A stretch of DNA of 64,000 nt, from NCBI GenBank assembly GCA_020848155.1, contig JADLAR010000020.1, positions 30,096 to 94,095 on the forward strand. The letters are read 5' to 3'. The stretch comes from Candidatus Sumerlaeota bacterium (GTDB taxonomy: Bacteria > Sumerlaeota > Sumerlaeia > SLMS01). The notes beneath the pieces were generated by a model, which was given only the letters and a program-made list of their open reading frames with translations, had not been told where the DNA came from and ran no database searches. How positions within the stretch are numbered: position 1 is the first letter of the stretch; every line of letters begins with the position of its first letter. A program made the translations under genes and the position numbers. Below, one piece after another: positions 39,837-50,144 of the stretch.

Positions 39837-42800
39837 ATGAGTCTCTCACCAGAACAAATCCGCCTCCACCTTGCCAGTCAGGCAATGCGGATCAGGGCCC
39901 TCGAAATTGCCGTCCAGAAACTTCAACCAACATTCGAGCCGCATGGTGCATCCGTCCCTTCTATTCAGGAAGCAGCAGCGCCGTCTCCGGTCGTTGTGGT
40001 TCCTGCACAAGCGTCCGAAGCCGAAGTCGCCGCAGACACGATGGCCTTTCCCCCATTGCGAGAGGCACCAGCCGCCATCCCCGCTGACGGCGCTCCCGCG
40101 TTCCCGGTGCCGACTGAAAAGCACACGGACGACGTTCTGAAGTCATTGCTGAAGGTGAAGGAGCATCTGGATCTTCAGCCGCCGACAGTGGCGGAGCCGC
40201 CGGAGGTGGTGGTTCCCGGGGAAATCGAGTTTCTGACCCAGGGAGAAATGGATGCGACAGCAACGCCTTCTGCTGTTCCCCCACCGTCGTCCGCCAAGTC
40301 CGGCGGCAAGAGCCTCGAAGAAAACTTCGGGACCCAGTGGTTGCTTCGCATTGGTGGCGTCCTTCTCCTCATCGGTGCCGCATTTCTGGCGAGCTACGTA
40401 AACAAGAACTTCCTGGGTCCACTCGGACGAGTCGCCTCGTCCTATGCACTTGCGATGGTGTTGGGGCTGACGGGGATTTGGCTCGCGAAGCGGAACCAGC
40501 TTGGCGGCCGCACATTGCAGGTCATTGCGCTTTCCCTTGGATACTTTGTGTCCTTCGGAGCGGGTTTCATCAATGGCATGAAGCTCTTCAATGAGAGCTT
40601 CGTCATCCCCGCGCTGCTGATGGTTGGCTTCGGCACCGCGATCGTATTCGTCGCGGAGCGTTGGAGGACAGAGAGACTCGCGATGTTTGGCTTCCTGCTC
40701 GCGATCATCGCCGTGCTGGTCGGTGCGAAGGAGGGCGTCGATTCCATTTACGCACTGGGGGCAATCGGCGTGATCTCGCTCAGTGCCGCAGCGCTCCTGT
40801 TGCGCAACCAATGGGTCCAACTCACGTCGCTCGTGGTCGTCGCGGTCTACGCCACACTGCCGGGCCTTTGGGTGCTGGCAGGCATTGAGAAGGGGATGGC
40901 TGGATTCCTTCCAAACTTTGTCGCGCTCCTGTCCTATCATGTGATTTTTGCCGCCGCCTTCTGGCGTTGGAGCCGGGTGTGGATCGCGCGCGAAAACCTG
41001 TACGAACAGGAGCGCGCAAAGGGCACGCTTCCATCCACGACCCCACTCGCGGAGTCGCCCTATTCCCACGCCTTCGCGATCATCAACAGCCTCGCGCTCG
41101 TGACCTTGTCCACCGTGCTCCTCCTCCTCACGGATGCGAGTTGGAAGGACCATGCCTGGTATCTGTACTTCCCGCTGGCGGCACTGGAGATGTTGCGCTT
41201 CGCCATTCCGGCGTTCCGTCGCACGCGCCTGATGTTGTTCCACACCATTCTCGCTTCGCTCCTTGTCACGATGGGAGTGATGAGTGCGATGAAGGGGCTG
41301 GAGCAAAGCGCCATCCTTGCAGCCCAAACACTCCTGCTGGCCGTCGCTGCCGGTCGCACCAAGCGACTTCGCGGGCTGGCGATATCGTCCTTTGTTCCGG
41401 CGTTTCTTTCACTTGTTTCCTTCAGCAATCGACTCTTTGCCACGACCATTGACGTCGCGGCGGCCCTCCTCACGCCTGTGATGATCTTCGTGGCTGTGCT
41501 TCCCTGGCGCCGTTTCATGGGCACTGAAGTGGAGAAGCCCTCCCTTCTCTTCATCATCCCAGAACGTTTCGTGCGCTTCTGCCAGACGATGATCGCCACG
41601 CTGCTTTTCGGATTCATCGCCCAGCAGTATATGGGCCGCGGCAACGAATTCACGCTCGGTTGGGTCTTCTTTGTCGCCGCCAACCTCTTTCTTTATGGCT
41701 CGCTCTTCCTGCGGACACGCATGTGGCAGATTCCTGCGGCCATCTATACGATTGCATCACTGGCGCTTCTCGTTGCCGACAACGTGAACCCCCTCACGGA
41801 AGTCATTGGTCTTGCCGTGCAGTTGTTCTTTCATTCCATCGCCTGGGATGCCATCGGTCGCCGTGACCAGAAGCTGAAAACTCTTTATGGCTTCTTCTGG
41901 GCGATTCTTGCGGCCACCTCCCTCCTTGTTTGCTTCGCCCTGACCACAATACAAAGTGACGCAAATCTCCTCTTTGAGGGGATGCTCTCATTTGTCTACA
42001 TGGGGATGGCGCTGGTCGCCGCCGGTGCATTCGGGCTGAGCCGTGGAAAGCTGTCCATCGCGCACCTTGTTGATCGCAATGAGGCTGCCCCGCCGACGCG
42101 AATTTCCCTCTCCCTGTTCATTGCCGTGCCGTTCGCCCTGGTGGCGGTGTTCACTTCGTTCATCGATGCCTACCATAATCCCATGGCGTCGATTCTTCTC
42201 GCTGCAATCGCATTCACGGTGTGGCATGTACAGGTCAAGAAGGGGGCGCCCGAAACCCTTTCGGCGCTTTGGGCGGCTGCGGGAATGCTTTGCATCACCG
42301 CAGGCCTGCTCATCTACAGCAGGTTCGGCCAGCCGACGATCCTGGGGCTTGGTGCTTTTGGCATCGCATTCATGCTCCTTTCGGCGCGCCTCCGTGCCTC
42401 ATCAGCCGGGATACTTGCGGCCCTTCACACCATCGTGATGGGCGTCATCGCCATCGGTGCATACACGATGGTCTCGCACAACCAGCCGAATCTTTTTGTC
42501 CAGTCGCTTTGCGCTCTTCTGACGGCACTCCTCATTCTGCTGACGACACCACTGTTCGCCCGAACGTCGCGCCTCCTGGGATGGGCAGGGCAATATCGTG
42601 ATGTGTCGCGGTTCCTCTCCAGCATCCGCACCACCGTTGGCATCGTGCTCGCGATCTTCGTTCTTTCGGGTGAAATGGTCTTCCCGAACGACTTTGAAGG
42701 CATTGCATGGGTGCCACTCCAGTATATCACCGTTTCCTGGGGCCTGCTCGCGAGCACGCTCCTCGTCGGTGGGTTCATCTTCCGCAACGCCACCATGCGC

Positions 42801-43001
42801 TACGGCGCACTCGCGCTCTTCGGCCTAAGCGTCGGTCGCGTTGCGCTCTACGAGTTGTCAGGGACGGAAACGCTGACGAAGATCATCGCCTTCATCGGCC
42901 TCGGCATCCTGCTCATCGCTGCGGGGGTCGCGTATGGTGTCTTGTCCAAGAGGTTCCTGCACGAACAAAAATCTGAACCGGATGGAAAAGAAGCCGAGTG
43001 A
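39837..43001 (+). CDS. large polytopic membrane protein, DUF2339-like
   Basis: 1054 aa. ~140-aa Pro/Ala/Glu-rich cytoplasmic N-terminus. Then 'ENFGTQWLLRIGGVLLLIGAAFLASY' and roughly 30 hydrophobic helices. Confidence 0.6.
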   Translation: MSLSPEQIRLHLASQAMRIRALEIAVQKLQPTFEPHGASVPSIQEAAAPSPVVVVPAQASEAEVAADTMAFPPLREAPAAIPADGAPAFPVPTEKHTDDVLKSLLKVKEHLDLQPPTVAEPPEVVVPGEIEFLTQGEMDATATPSAVPPPSSAKSGGKSLEENFGTQWLLRIGGVLLLIGAAFLASYVNKNFLGPLGRVASSYALAMVLGLTGIWLAKRNQLGGRTLQVIALSLGYFVSFGAGFINGMKLFNESFVIPALLMVGFGTAIVFVAERWRTERLAMFGFLLAIIAVLVGAKEGVDSIYALGAIGVISLSAAALLLRNQWVQLTSLVVVAVYATLPGLWVLAGIEKGMAGFLPNFVALLSYHVIFAAAFWRWSRVWIARENLYEQERAKGTLPSTTPLAESPYSHAFAIINSLALVTLSTVLLLLTDASWKDHAWYLYFPLAALEMLRFAIPAFRRTRLMLFHTILASLLVTMGVMSAMKGLEQSAILAAQTLLLAVAAGRTKRLRGLAISSFVPAFLSLVSFSNRLFATTIDVAAALLTPVMIFVAVLPWRRFMGTEVEKPSLLFIIPERFVRFCQTMIATLLFGFIAQQYMGRGNEFTLGWVFFVAANLFLYGSLFLRTRMWQIPAAIYTIASLALLVADNVNPLTEVIGLAVQLFFHSIAWDAIGRRDQKLKTLYGFFWAILAATSLLVCFALTTIQSDANLLFEGMLSFVYMGMALVAAGAFGLSRGKLSIAHLVDRNEAAPPTRISLSLFIAVPFALVAVFTSFIDAYHNPMASILLAAIAFTVWHVQVKKGAPETLSALWAAAGMLCITAGLLIYSRFGQPTILGLGAFGIAFMLLSARLRASSAGILAALHTIVMGVIAIGAYTMVSHNQPNLFVQSLCALLTALLILLTTPLFARTSRLLGWAGQYRDVSRFLSSIRTTVGIVLAIFVLSGEMVFPNDFEGIAWVPLQYITVSWGLLASTLLVGGFIFRNATMRYGALALFGLSVGRVALYELSGTETLTKIIAFIGLGILLIAAGVAYGVLSKRFLHEQKSEPDGKEAE

Positions 43002-43015
43002 TCGTTGTTGAAAGC

Positions 43016-43564
43016 CTAACGCTTCTGCAAACTTTCCTTATGCTGCTTTTCGCGGTAGAGACGAATCGCATGGGCGATTTGCTTGCGCGCAACATCCACG
43101 GGCTCCCAGCCAAGCGGTTGTGTGCGATGACCTTCAAGATCCTTGTACACTTGAAAGAAGTGCCCCACTTCATCCAGAAAGTGCGGCGGCACGTCGATCA
43201 AATCATGGAAGCTCTTGAAGTAGGGATTCCCCACCGGCACTGCCAGGATTTTGTCGTCGTGGTCGCCCTTGTCCAACATTCGGAAGATTCCAATGGGGCG
43301 AACATCCACGATGCAGCCCGTGAAGGTTGGTTCATTGCCGAGGATTAGAACGTCAAGAGGATCGCCGTCGTCGTAGTGCGTTTGTGGAACAAGCCCATAG
43401 TCGCCCGGATAGATCATCGGCGAATACAATGTCCGATCCAACTTGAACATGCCGGTTTTCTTGTCCAACTCGTACTTGTTGCGCGAGCCTTTGGGAATTT
43501 CCACCAACACGTTGATTTCAAACGGTGGATTATTCCCCGGTGTCAGGTCATGAAGAGGGTGCAT
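43016..43564 (-). CDS. ppa: inorganic pyrophosphatase
   Basis: Start MHPLHDL (43562-43564). 'EIPKGSRNKYELD', 'DGDPLDVL', 'VDWFR-like' family I PPase motifs. Confidence 0.9.
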   Translation of the reverse strand: MHPLHDLTPGNNPPFEINVLVEIPKGSRNKYELDKKTGMFKLDRTLYSPMIYPGDYGLVPQTHYDDGDPLDVLILGNEPTFTGCIVDVRPIGIFRMLDKGDHDDKILAVPVGNPYFKSFHDLIDVPPHFLDEVGHFFQVYKDLEGHRTQPLGWEPVDVARKQIAHAIRLYREKQHKESLQKR

Positions 43565-43697
43565 GGGGCGTATGGTGTCCAGGCGGGGCGGAGTGACAAG
43601 CGGAGAAGCGCGGAACACGGGGCAATTAGCCGAATGCAACCCAACACCGTGCCGGGCCGCAAGGCAGCCGAAAGCATGTTCAGGGGAGACAATCCCT

Positions 43698-44453
43698 TCA
43701 TGCCTGCACGAAGGGCTTTCGCAGATCCTGTGCAATGGTCACGATCAATACAATCACCGGCGGCCACATTGTGTGCCATTGCATGTGAGCATACGCCAAA
43801 GTCCCCAGTGCTGCGCCCGCAGCGAAGGAGCCCAGTATGGCGGCCAAAAGGAGGAATCTTCGTGGTGAGTGGATGTTCATCATGCGCGTCTTGTCTGACG
43901 CAGCGTGGGGATTCATCTTCCACTGGTCCCAGATTTTGGTCACGATCTGGGCGAGTTCCAATCCCAAGTCCGTGACCACTCCCGTCACATGTGTCGTGCG
44001 AATTACGCCGCCGGAGATTCGCGTGATGGTCGCGTTTTGAAGCCCCATCGCGAAAGATGCGACACACGCAACATAGGTGAACAGGCTTCCCTTTTCAAAC
44101 TGGTTCTGGCCATGCATCTCCATTGCGAGCGCCAGCCCGACGAGTAGCGCAGCCTCGGCTGTCAACGGCAGGGCGTACTGCGCCCGTCGCTTCGCCCTCC
44201 GTGCCCACTCCTCCATCAACCCACTCATGGAGGCTCCTGAGAAGAAGGCAAAGACGACCGCAAATGCGAAGGCGGCCTCGGTCCATTGGGCCGTCGCAAG
44301 ACCATGCCCCAGCGTTGAGGCCGTGCCCGAAACATGGGAAGTGACTGCACCGCAAGTCAGCAGCGTCACAATGTTCGTGTATCCCGCAATCGCCGCCAGC
44401 TTGAGGACGAACCGCGTCTGCCGTGTGAATGAATGTGCCTGGGAAACGAACAT
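43698..44453 (-). CDS. YoaK/DUF1275-family membrane protein
   Basis: Six predicted TM helices, 'GYTNIVTLLTCGAVTSHVSGT' family-typical N-terminus. Confidence 0.55.
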   Translation of the reverse strand: MFVSQAHSFTRQTRFVLKLAAIAGYTNIVTLLTCGAVTSHVSGTASTLGHGLATAQWTEAAFAFAVVFAFFSGASMSGLMEEWARRAKRRAQYALPLTAEAALLVGLALAMEMHGQNQFEKGSLFTYVACVASFAMGLQNATITRISGGVIRTTHVTGVVTDLGLELAQIVTKIWDQWKMNPHAASDKTRMMNIHSPRRFLLLAAILGSFAAGAALGTLAYAHMQWHTMWPPVIVLIVTIAQDLRKPFVQA

Positions 44454-44478
44454 GTCGTCCGGTAGAGACAGGTGAAAA

Positions 44479-44556
<78 letters not shown>

Positions 44557-44650
44557 ACATCGGTAGGGCGCGGTGAGGGTGCACGCGGAATGGCAACCCT
44601 GGCAAGGGAAGAGAAGGCGGTGTACACGCGACTCCCGACCACCCTTCAAC

Positions 44651-44995
44651 TCAACTACCCCTGTACGTCGTATATCCCCAGGGGCTCAGCAGCAACGGCA
44701 CATGGTAGTGCCCGCCCGCTCCATCAATGTCGCAAATGATCTGCACAATGGGATAGAAGGATTTCCTTCCCTGTGAGGCGAAGTAATCTGCGACATGGAA
44801 GGTGAGGCGATAGATCCCCGAAGTGAGTGGGTGGTCCTGGGGTACCAGACCGGGAATGCGACCATCCTGATTGGTGATACCGTTCGCAATCGGCGTCCAT
44901 CCGCCCTCATTGCGTTGCATCTCCACGGCAACATGGACACCAGCGGCGGGCCTTCCCTCGCTGGTGTCGAGGATGTGGGTTGTGAGTGTGCTCAT
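44651..44995 (-). CDS. uraH: 5-hydroxyisourate hydrolase (transthyretin-like)
   Basis: 'THILDTSEGRPAAGV', C-terminal 'YRGS' signature. 114 aa. Confidence 0.9.
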   Translation of the reverse strand: MSTLTTHILDTSEGRPAAGVHVAVEMQRNEGGWTPIANGITNQDGRIPGLVPQDHPLTSGIYRLTFHVADYFASQGRKSFYPIVQIICDIDGAGGHYHVPLLLSPWGYTTYRGS

Positions 44996-45501
44996 GGAAC
45001 CAGAAGTTTCCCCAAGCGAATGTCCGTGATCTTTGCCTGCTCTCCGCCTGCAATGCGCAACTCCTTCTCTGGATTATTCGGCAGGCGATTCAGCAGAAGT
45101 TGCAGCATCTCATGGGCTGTCTTGCCCGTGGCACAAACGATGAAGATGTAGCCGAACTTCGCTTCATATTCCTTGTTCAGCGCAGCGAACTGCGCCAGAG
45201 TGGCAAAGTCGGCGCGCTGGATGCCGGACTGCTCCTTGCCAGCCCAATCACCTGTGCCGGCGAACTTCGTGCGGAGCGAATCCAGATCACCAATCTTTGG
45301 GTGATGCGCAAAGGCCTCCAGCCAGTCCTGTCGGCTGAAGCCCGAAAAGATCGCCGCAGATTTTTCAAAGATCTTTTCTGCGGAGGAGAACGGTCTCGAC
45401 TGCATCATCGCATGATACCAGTTCCATGCGCCGCAGCATTTTTCGAATGCCGCAAGAGCATCATCCGGCATCATGGTGTTTATATCGTGTACGGATGGCA
45501 T
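44992..45501 (-). CDS. uraD: OHCU decarboxylase
   Basis: 'LAAFEKCCGA', 'RQDWLEAFAHHPKIG' motifs. Start ambiguous (ATG 45501 or 45474). 4-nt overlap with uraH. Confidence 0.8.
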   Translation of the reverse strand: MPSVHDINTMMPDDALAAFEKCCGAWNWYHAMMQSRPFSSAEKIFEKSAAIFSGFSRQDWLEAFAHHPKIGDLDSLRTKFAGTGDWAGKEQSGIQRADFATLAQFAALNKEYEAKFGYIFIVCATGKTAHEMLQLLLNRLPNNPEKELRIAGGEQAKITDIRLGKLLVP

Positions 45502-45544
45502 GGATGAAATTTGGGTGGCTGACACCTGCGGAAGCAATAATGAA

Positions 45545-46876
45545 TCAACTTTGGCTCCTTGAAATGGCGCGCCCTGAAAGAGGGCCTGGGAACTTTCCGT
45601 CGTCAAAAACCAGGGTTCCTTGAAGGTACGTCCGCACAACGCGCCCTTGCAGTTTCCTGCCCGCATAGGGAGTCAGCTTGTGACGATGCTGAATCATGGA
45701 AGGCTCCACGAAAGTCGTCCCACGCGGGTCGAATACAGCGAAATCCGCGCGGTAGCCGGGAGCGATGGCACCGCGATCCCCCAACCCAAAAACTCGCGCG
45801 GGCGTGCTGCTCATCCAGCGTGCGACATCCGATAGCGCCAGGCCAACTGACGCGGACCAGAGAATCGGCAGGCCAAATTGCAACGACGAAATTCCTCCCC
45901 ATGCACGAAAAAAATCCCCGGTGTCCAGCGCCTTCATCCCAGGAGGGCACGGGGAATGATCGGAAGCGATCATGTCAATATCGCCCTTCTCCAACCCCTC
46001 CCACAGGCGCTTCTTGTTCTGCTCATCGCGAATCGGTGGGGCGCACTTGAACAGCGTGTTGTTCGGAGGGACCATGCTCTCCGAGAAGAAAAGATAATGC
46101 GGACACGTCTCGACGGTGATGTTTTTCCAGCGTGTTCGCATCTCACGCAATGGAGCGATACCGTCACTTGCCGCGAGATGAACAATGTGCAGTGGACAGG
46201 GAAATTCCTCATGCAACCGGAGCAGCATGTCAATCGCGCGCACTTCCATCGACTGTGGACGGGATGCGCTCCAGGCCCCATGGTCCGTACGACCATCGCG
46301 CGACGGCAATGTCGCCTCATCCAATTCCGCATGAACCAGAAGCGGCAGGTTCAACCGCTGAAGGATTGGCATCGCTTCACGCAGATCCACCATCGTCGCG
46401 TTGGGAAATTCATCAATTCCCGAATGCACGAGGAACGCCTTGATGCCGAAAACGCCGGCGCCCGCGAGGGCCTGAATCTGGCCGGAATTTCCTGGAATCA
46501 GCCCGCCGTGGAAACCAACATCGACTGACAGCTTTCCCTTCGCGGCCTCGTGCTTCGCGTGAAGGGCGCTCAACGTCGTTGTCACCGGCGACGAATTGAG
46601 TGGCATGTCGATCAGTGTCGTGATGCCACCTGCGGCCGCCGCGCGTGTTGCCGTTTCAAAGCCTTCCCAATCGCTCCGCCCTGGGTCGTTGATATGGACA
46701 TGCGGATCAACCAATCCCGGAAGGATCGCAAGTCCACCAAAGTCCTCTGATGGAATCCCGCACGCAATCTCCGAGGTGTCGTGGACGGCGACGATCATGC
46801 CGTCACGAACGTGCACCGCCCCATCCACGACACCGGATGGCGTGATGATGCAGGTGCTGCGGAAGAGGCTTTCCAT
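45545..46876 (-). CDS. allB: allantoinase (cyclic amidohydrolase)
   Basis: 'GLVDPHVHINDPGR' metal-binding HxH, amidohydrolase barrel, 443 aa, adjacent to other ureide genes. Confidence 0.8.
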   Translation of the reverse strand: MESLFRSTCIITPSGVVDGAVHVRDGMIVAVHDTSEIACGIPSEDFGGLAILPGLVDPHVHINDPGRSDWEGFETATRAAAAGGITTLIDMPLNSSPVTTTLSALHAKHEAAKGKLSVDVGFHGGLIPGNSGQIQALAGAGVFGIKAFLVHSGIDEFPNATMVDLREAMPILQRLNLPLLVHAELDEATLPSRDGRTDHGAWSASRPQSMEVRAIDMLLRLHEEFPCPLHIVHLAASDGIAPLREMRTRWKNITVETCPHYLFFSESMVPPNNTLFKCAPPIRDEQNKKRLWEGLEKGDIDMIASDHSPCPPGMKALDTGDFFRAWGGISSLQFGLPILWSASVGLALSDVARWMSSTPARVFGLGDRGAIAPGYRADFAVFDPRGTTFVEPSMIQHRHKLTPYAGRKLQGRVVRTYLQGTLVFDDGKFPGPLSGRAISRSQS

Positions 46877-48120
46877 TACTCCGCCAACTGCGCCAGCGTC
46901 AGGGCCAACACTTCCACGCCGCGCGCGATCTGTTCGGGCGAACTGTATTCGTCCGGGCGGTGGCTCACTCCCCCGCGTGACGGAATGAAAATCATGCAGG
47001 TTGGGAACAGCCGTGCCATGAACAAGGAGTCGTGGTACGCACGGCTCACCATCCTCAGCGGTTTGAGTTCAAGCACCTCGCACGCGCGCTCCGCAGCGGC
47101 AACAATGCGTGGATCGCATGTGGCGGGTGGGTCGCTGTTGATCATCTCGATTGTGAGCGGCAGCGCGCGGCGTTCGGAAATTTCCCGGGCGGTCAACTTC
47201 GTCCCGGCAACAGCAAGGTCCCTTGTGGCGAGCTGTGTGTCCCGGATGTCGATGCCAAGCATGCAGCGGCTGGGGATGCTGTTGATCGCACCGGGAAAGA
47301 CCTCCAGCATTCCGGTCGTGCCAACGGTATCCGGCGAACCCGTGGCGCGGGCAATTTCGTCCACGGCCAGGGCCAGTTCCGCGCCCGCCAGCAGCGCATC
47401 CCTGCGATCCGCCATCAAGACCGTTCCCGCATGGCCACCCTCGCCCTCAAACGTGATGCGCATGGAGGCAGGCGCAGCGATTGCCGTGACGATTCCAATC
47501 GGCAAGTCGATCCTTTCCAGAACCGGGCCCTGCTCAATGTGCAGTTCAACGAAGGCGTCGTAATAGTCCCTCGATAACACGAGCGCGTTCATTTCACCGC
47601 TCAGGCCGATGCGCCGCGCCGCCTCACTTGGGTTCCTGCCATCGCCGTCACGAAGCGACAGGATTTTTGCCTCATCGTAAGTACCCGCAATCGCGCGACT
47701 GCCGAGGCAACCAACGCCGAAGCGCGTCGGCTCCTCCGTTGCGAACATCAGCAGTTCAATGGAACGACGCGGCTCGAATCCCTTTTCCTGCAGGATGCGT
47801 ATCGCCTCAAGGCCGCCAAGAACACCCACGACTCCGTCATAGAGCCCCGCGTTTGGTATCGCATCGGTATGGGATCCCGTGCCAACAGCGGCGGCCCCGG
47901 GATCGCTCCCCTGCCACCTTGCGAAGATGTTTCCAATGCCGTCCTCGCGGACCCGCAGGTTCGCCTTCCGGCACAAGTCCTTGAAGAAATTTCGCGCACG
48001 AAGGTCCGCATCGGAGAAGACCACCCTCGTGACGGCGGGCGGCGTCGCTTCCGTCACCGACGACAGTTTCTCCAACTCCGCCCCAAGGCGCGCCATGTTG
48101 CAGCGAATCGATTCGATCAT
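46876..48120 (-). CDS. allC: M20/M40-family allantoate amidohydrolase (AAH/AllC-like)
   Basis: 'GSHTDAIPNAGLYDGVVGV', 'ATEEP', 'EQGPVLE' motifs of the Zn/Mn amidase-hydantoinase-carbamoylase family. Confidence 0.75.
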   Translation of the reverse strand: MIESIRCNMARLGAELEKLSSVTEATPPAVTRVVFSDADLRARNFFKDLCRKANLRVREDGIGNIFARWQGSDPGAAAVGTGSHTDAIPNAGLYDGVVGVLGGLEAIRILQEKGFEPRRSIELLMFATEEPTRFGVGCLGSRAIAGTYDEAKILSLRDGDGRNPSEAARRIGLSGEMNALVLSRDYYDAFVELHIEQGPVLERIDLPIGIVTAIAAPASMRITFEGEGGHAGTVLMADRRDALLAGAELALAVDEIARATGSPDTVGTTGMLEVFPGAINSIPSRCMLGIDIRDTQLATRDLAVAGTKLTAREISERRALPLTIEMINSDPPATCDPRIVAAAERACEVLELKPLRMVSRAYHDSLFMARLFPTCMIFIPSRGGVSHRPDEYSSPEQIARGVEVLALTLAQLAE

Positions 48121-48127
48121 CGCAACG

Positions 48128-48874
48128 TCACAACATCACCGTGGGATCTCGGTGCATGTCCTTGTAGTAGATGTAGCGCGACGGCGTCTTGCCCGCGGCC
48201 ACGAACCATTGCGCACAATATGGTGCCATCCAGATCACGTCTCCTTTTCCGACGACGTACCATTTTTCGGACATGCGATAGACGCCATGTCCTTCAAGGA
48301 ACAACATGCCGTGCTCCATGACATGCACCTCAACAAAGGGGAGTGTTCCACCCGGTTGAAATTGAAAAATGTTGATCGCGAAGTCAAACGACGGGATTTC
48401 GGGCAGGAGGATTTTCAGCAGGGCGTCCTTGTCGCCCAGGAAGGGCGTGGCCTTCACGCTCTTCTCATGGCCGATGACCACCGTCGGCGGCGGCACTCCG
48501 TCCACTTCATCGTAAGGCTTCTCAAATACAAGCAGCTTCATTTCCTTCGTGGCCGTGATGCCATGCTGCGTGTCGGGAGGGAGAAACGCATAGGAACCGG
48601 CAGTGAGCGCACCGGCCTTCTTTCCAATCGTGAGCGTGCCAGCGCCCTCGCAAACGTAGATGAAGCGCGAGACCCCCTCCGGGGCGGCACCCGACGCGCC
48701 TCCCTTCTCCATCAGCGCAAAGTACTGTGTGAAGCGCGCTCCCATCTGTGGACTGATCAGGATCGTGGTCATCGTTTTCGTCCAGCCGGGCAGCGTTGAT
48801 CTCACATGACTGTCTGGTGCGATCAGCGCGTGGTCTGGTTGCATGGAACTGCGTGTGATGCCGGTGAATGACAT
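48128..48874 (-). CDS. (S)-ureidoglycine aminohydrolase (bicupin)
   Basis: Two cupin cores, ~250 aa, YlbA/UGlyAH-like, sitting between the two M20 paralogs. Confidence 0.75.
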   Translation of the reverse strand: MSFTGITRSSMQPDHALIAPDSHVRSTLPGWTKTMTTILISPQMGARFTQYFALMEKGGASGAAPEGVSRFIYVCEGAGTLTIGKKAGALTAGSYAFLPPDTQHGITATKEMKLLVFEKPYDEVDGVPPPTVVIGHEKSVKATPFLGDKDALLKILLPEIPSFDFAINIFQFQPGGTLPFVEVHVMEHGMLFLEGHGVYRMSEKWYVVGKGDVIWMAPYCAQWFVAAGKTPSRYIYYKDMHRDPTVML

Positions 48875-48878
48875 GCGA

Positions 48879-50144
48879 TTATCCTTTGGTGGATGTTGAA
48901 AATGTTTTTAGAAAACCTGCCGTCACGCGAATCGCATCGGCCACATCGGGGATGCTCACTGACTCATCGGGATGGTGGCTCACCCCCCCCTTGCAGCGCA
49001 CGAACAGCATGGCTGTTGGCGCGATGTGCGCCATGATCATGGCATCGTGACCTGCGCCACTGACGAGTTCCGGTGCGGGCAACTCCTCGCCCTGCATCGC
49101 CTTCTTCAGGACGTCACTGATACCTTGGTTCATCGCCACGGCCCCGCGATCACTGCGGTTTTCGATGGCGAATCGCGCCTTCCGTCGTTCCGCGATGGAG
49201 TTCGCATGCATCAGTATCTGCGTCACGGCCACCCGGCGTGTTTCATCGTCGGGGTGTCGGATGTCGATGCTAAGCCGGACAAGATTCGGTATCACATTGG
49301 AGACGTTTGGCTCCACGGTCATTTGCCCCACTGTGGCGAAGAGGTCCGTGATGCACCGGCCATAGCGTTCCACGTAAAGCGCAAGCTCGCATGCTGCGGG
49401 CAGCGCATCGATTCGCGTGCGCATCGGCACCGTTCCGGCGTGGCCTGCCTCACCAGAAAAGGTCACCAGCATGCGCGTCTGGCCGGCAATCGCACTCACA
49501 ATGCCCAGCGAATTATTCTCCGTCTCCAACACCGGGCCTTGTTCTATGTGCGGTTCCAAATACGCCAGTAATTCACCCGCTGGGCACACGCACTTCCCGA
49601 TGTCGTCCACGTTCAGTCCAAAATCGCCGATCGCCTGCGAAAGCGTGCGTCCCTGCGCGTCGGTGCGCGCGAGCAGCGAGTCGTCAAATGTTCCCGCAAT
49701 GGCGGTGCTGCCAAGGAACGGGGAACTGAAGCGCACGCCCTCCTCCTCGGAAAACCCGACGATCTCGACAGCGAATGGCAATCGCGCTCCGTTCAAGCTC
49801 TTGATGGCCTCAATGCCGATCACGACACCAAGAATCCCGTCATACATTCCCGCATTGTGAACGGTATCCAAGTGGGAGCCGATCATCACCTTTTTCGCAT
49901 CGGGTCGATCGGCGGAATAATGGCCGATGATATTGCCGACCGCATCCACGCGTACCTCCATGCCCGCTTCCCGCATCCAGGCGCCGACATCCCTGTGAAC
50001 AGACTTCATCGGCTCCGAAAGATAGGTGCGCGTCAGGCCAATACTCGTTTCTGAATGGTTCGCAAGCGCCACGCAGCGCTCCACGGCCTCTTCTGCCAGG
50101 CCCCCTGCCACATCCCGATCTGCTTGTTTGATTGAAGTGGTCAT
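48879..50144 (-). CDS. second M20/M40 amidohydrolase paralog (ureidoglycolate amidohydrolase-like)
   Basis: 'GSHLDTVHNAGMYDGILGV', 'FSEEEG', 'EQGPVLE'. Paralogous to the gene at 46876-48120 (approx. 40% identity by eye). Confidence 0.7.
   Translation of the reverse strand: MTTSIKQADRDVAGGLAEEAVERCVALANHSETSIGLTRTYLSEPMKSVHRDVGAWMREAGMEVRVDAVGNIIGHYSADRPDAKKVMIGSHLDTVHNAGMYDGILGVVIGIEAIKSLNGARLPFAVEIVGFSEEEGVRFSSPFLGSTAIAGTFDDSLLARTDAQGRTLSQAIGDFGLNVDDIGKCVCPAGELLAYLEPHIEQGPVLETENNSLGIVSAIAGQTRMLVTFSGEAGHAGTVPMRTRIDALPAACELALYVERYGRCITDLFATVGQMTVEPNVSNVIPNLVRLSIDIRHPDDETRRVAVTQILMHANSIAERRKARFAIENRSDRGAVAMNQGISDVLKKAMQGEELPAPELVSGAGHDAMIMAHIAPTAMLFVRCKGGVSHHPDESVSIPDVADAIRVTAGFLKTFSTSTKG

Noticed and set aside
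40143-41327. 394-aa minus-strand ORF inside the DUF2339-like gene
   Set aside because: The plus-strand frame is a continuous TM-helix protein. The antisense product is His/Arg/Glu-rich and repetitive.
46781-48799. Plus-strand ORFs (260, 181, 306 aa) antisense to the allC and UGlyAH genes
   Set aside because: The ureide enzymes on the minus strand are well supported. The plus frames lack domains.
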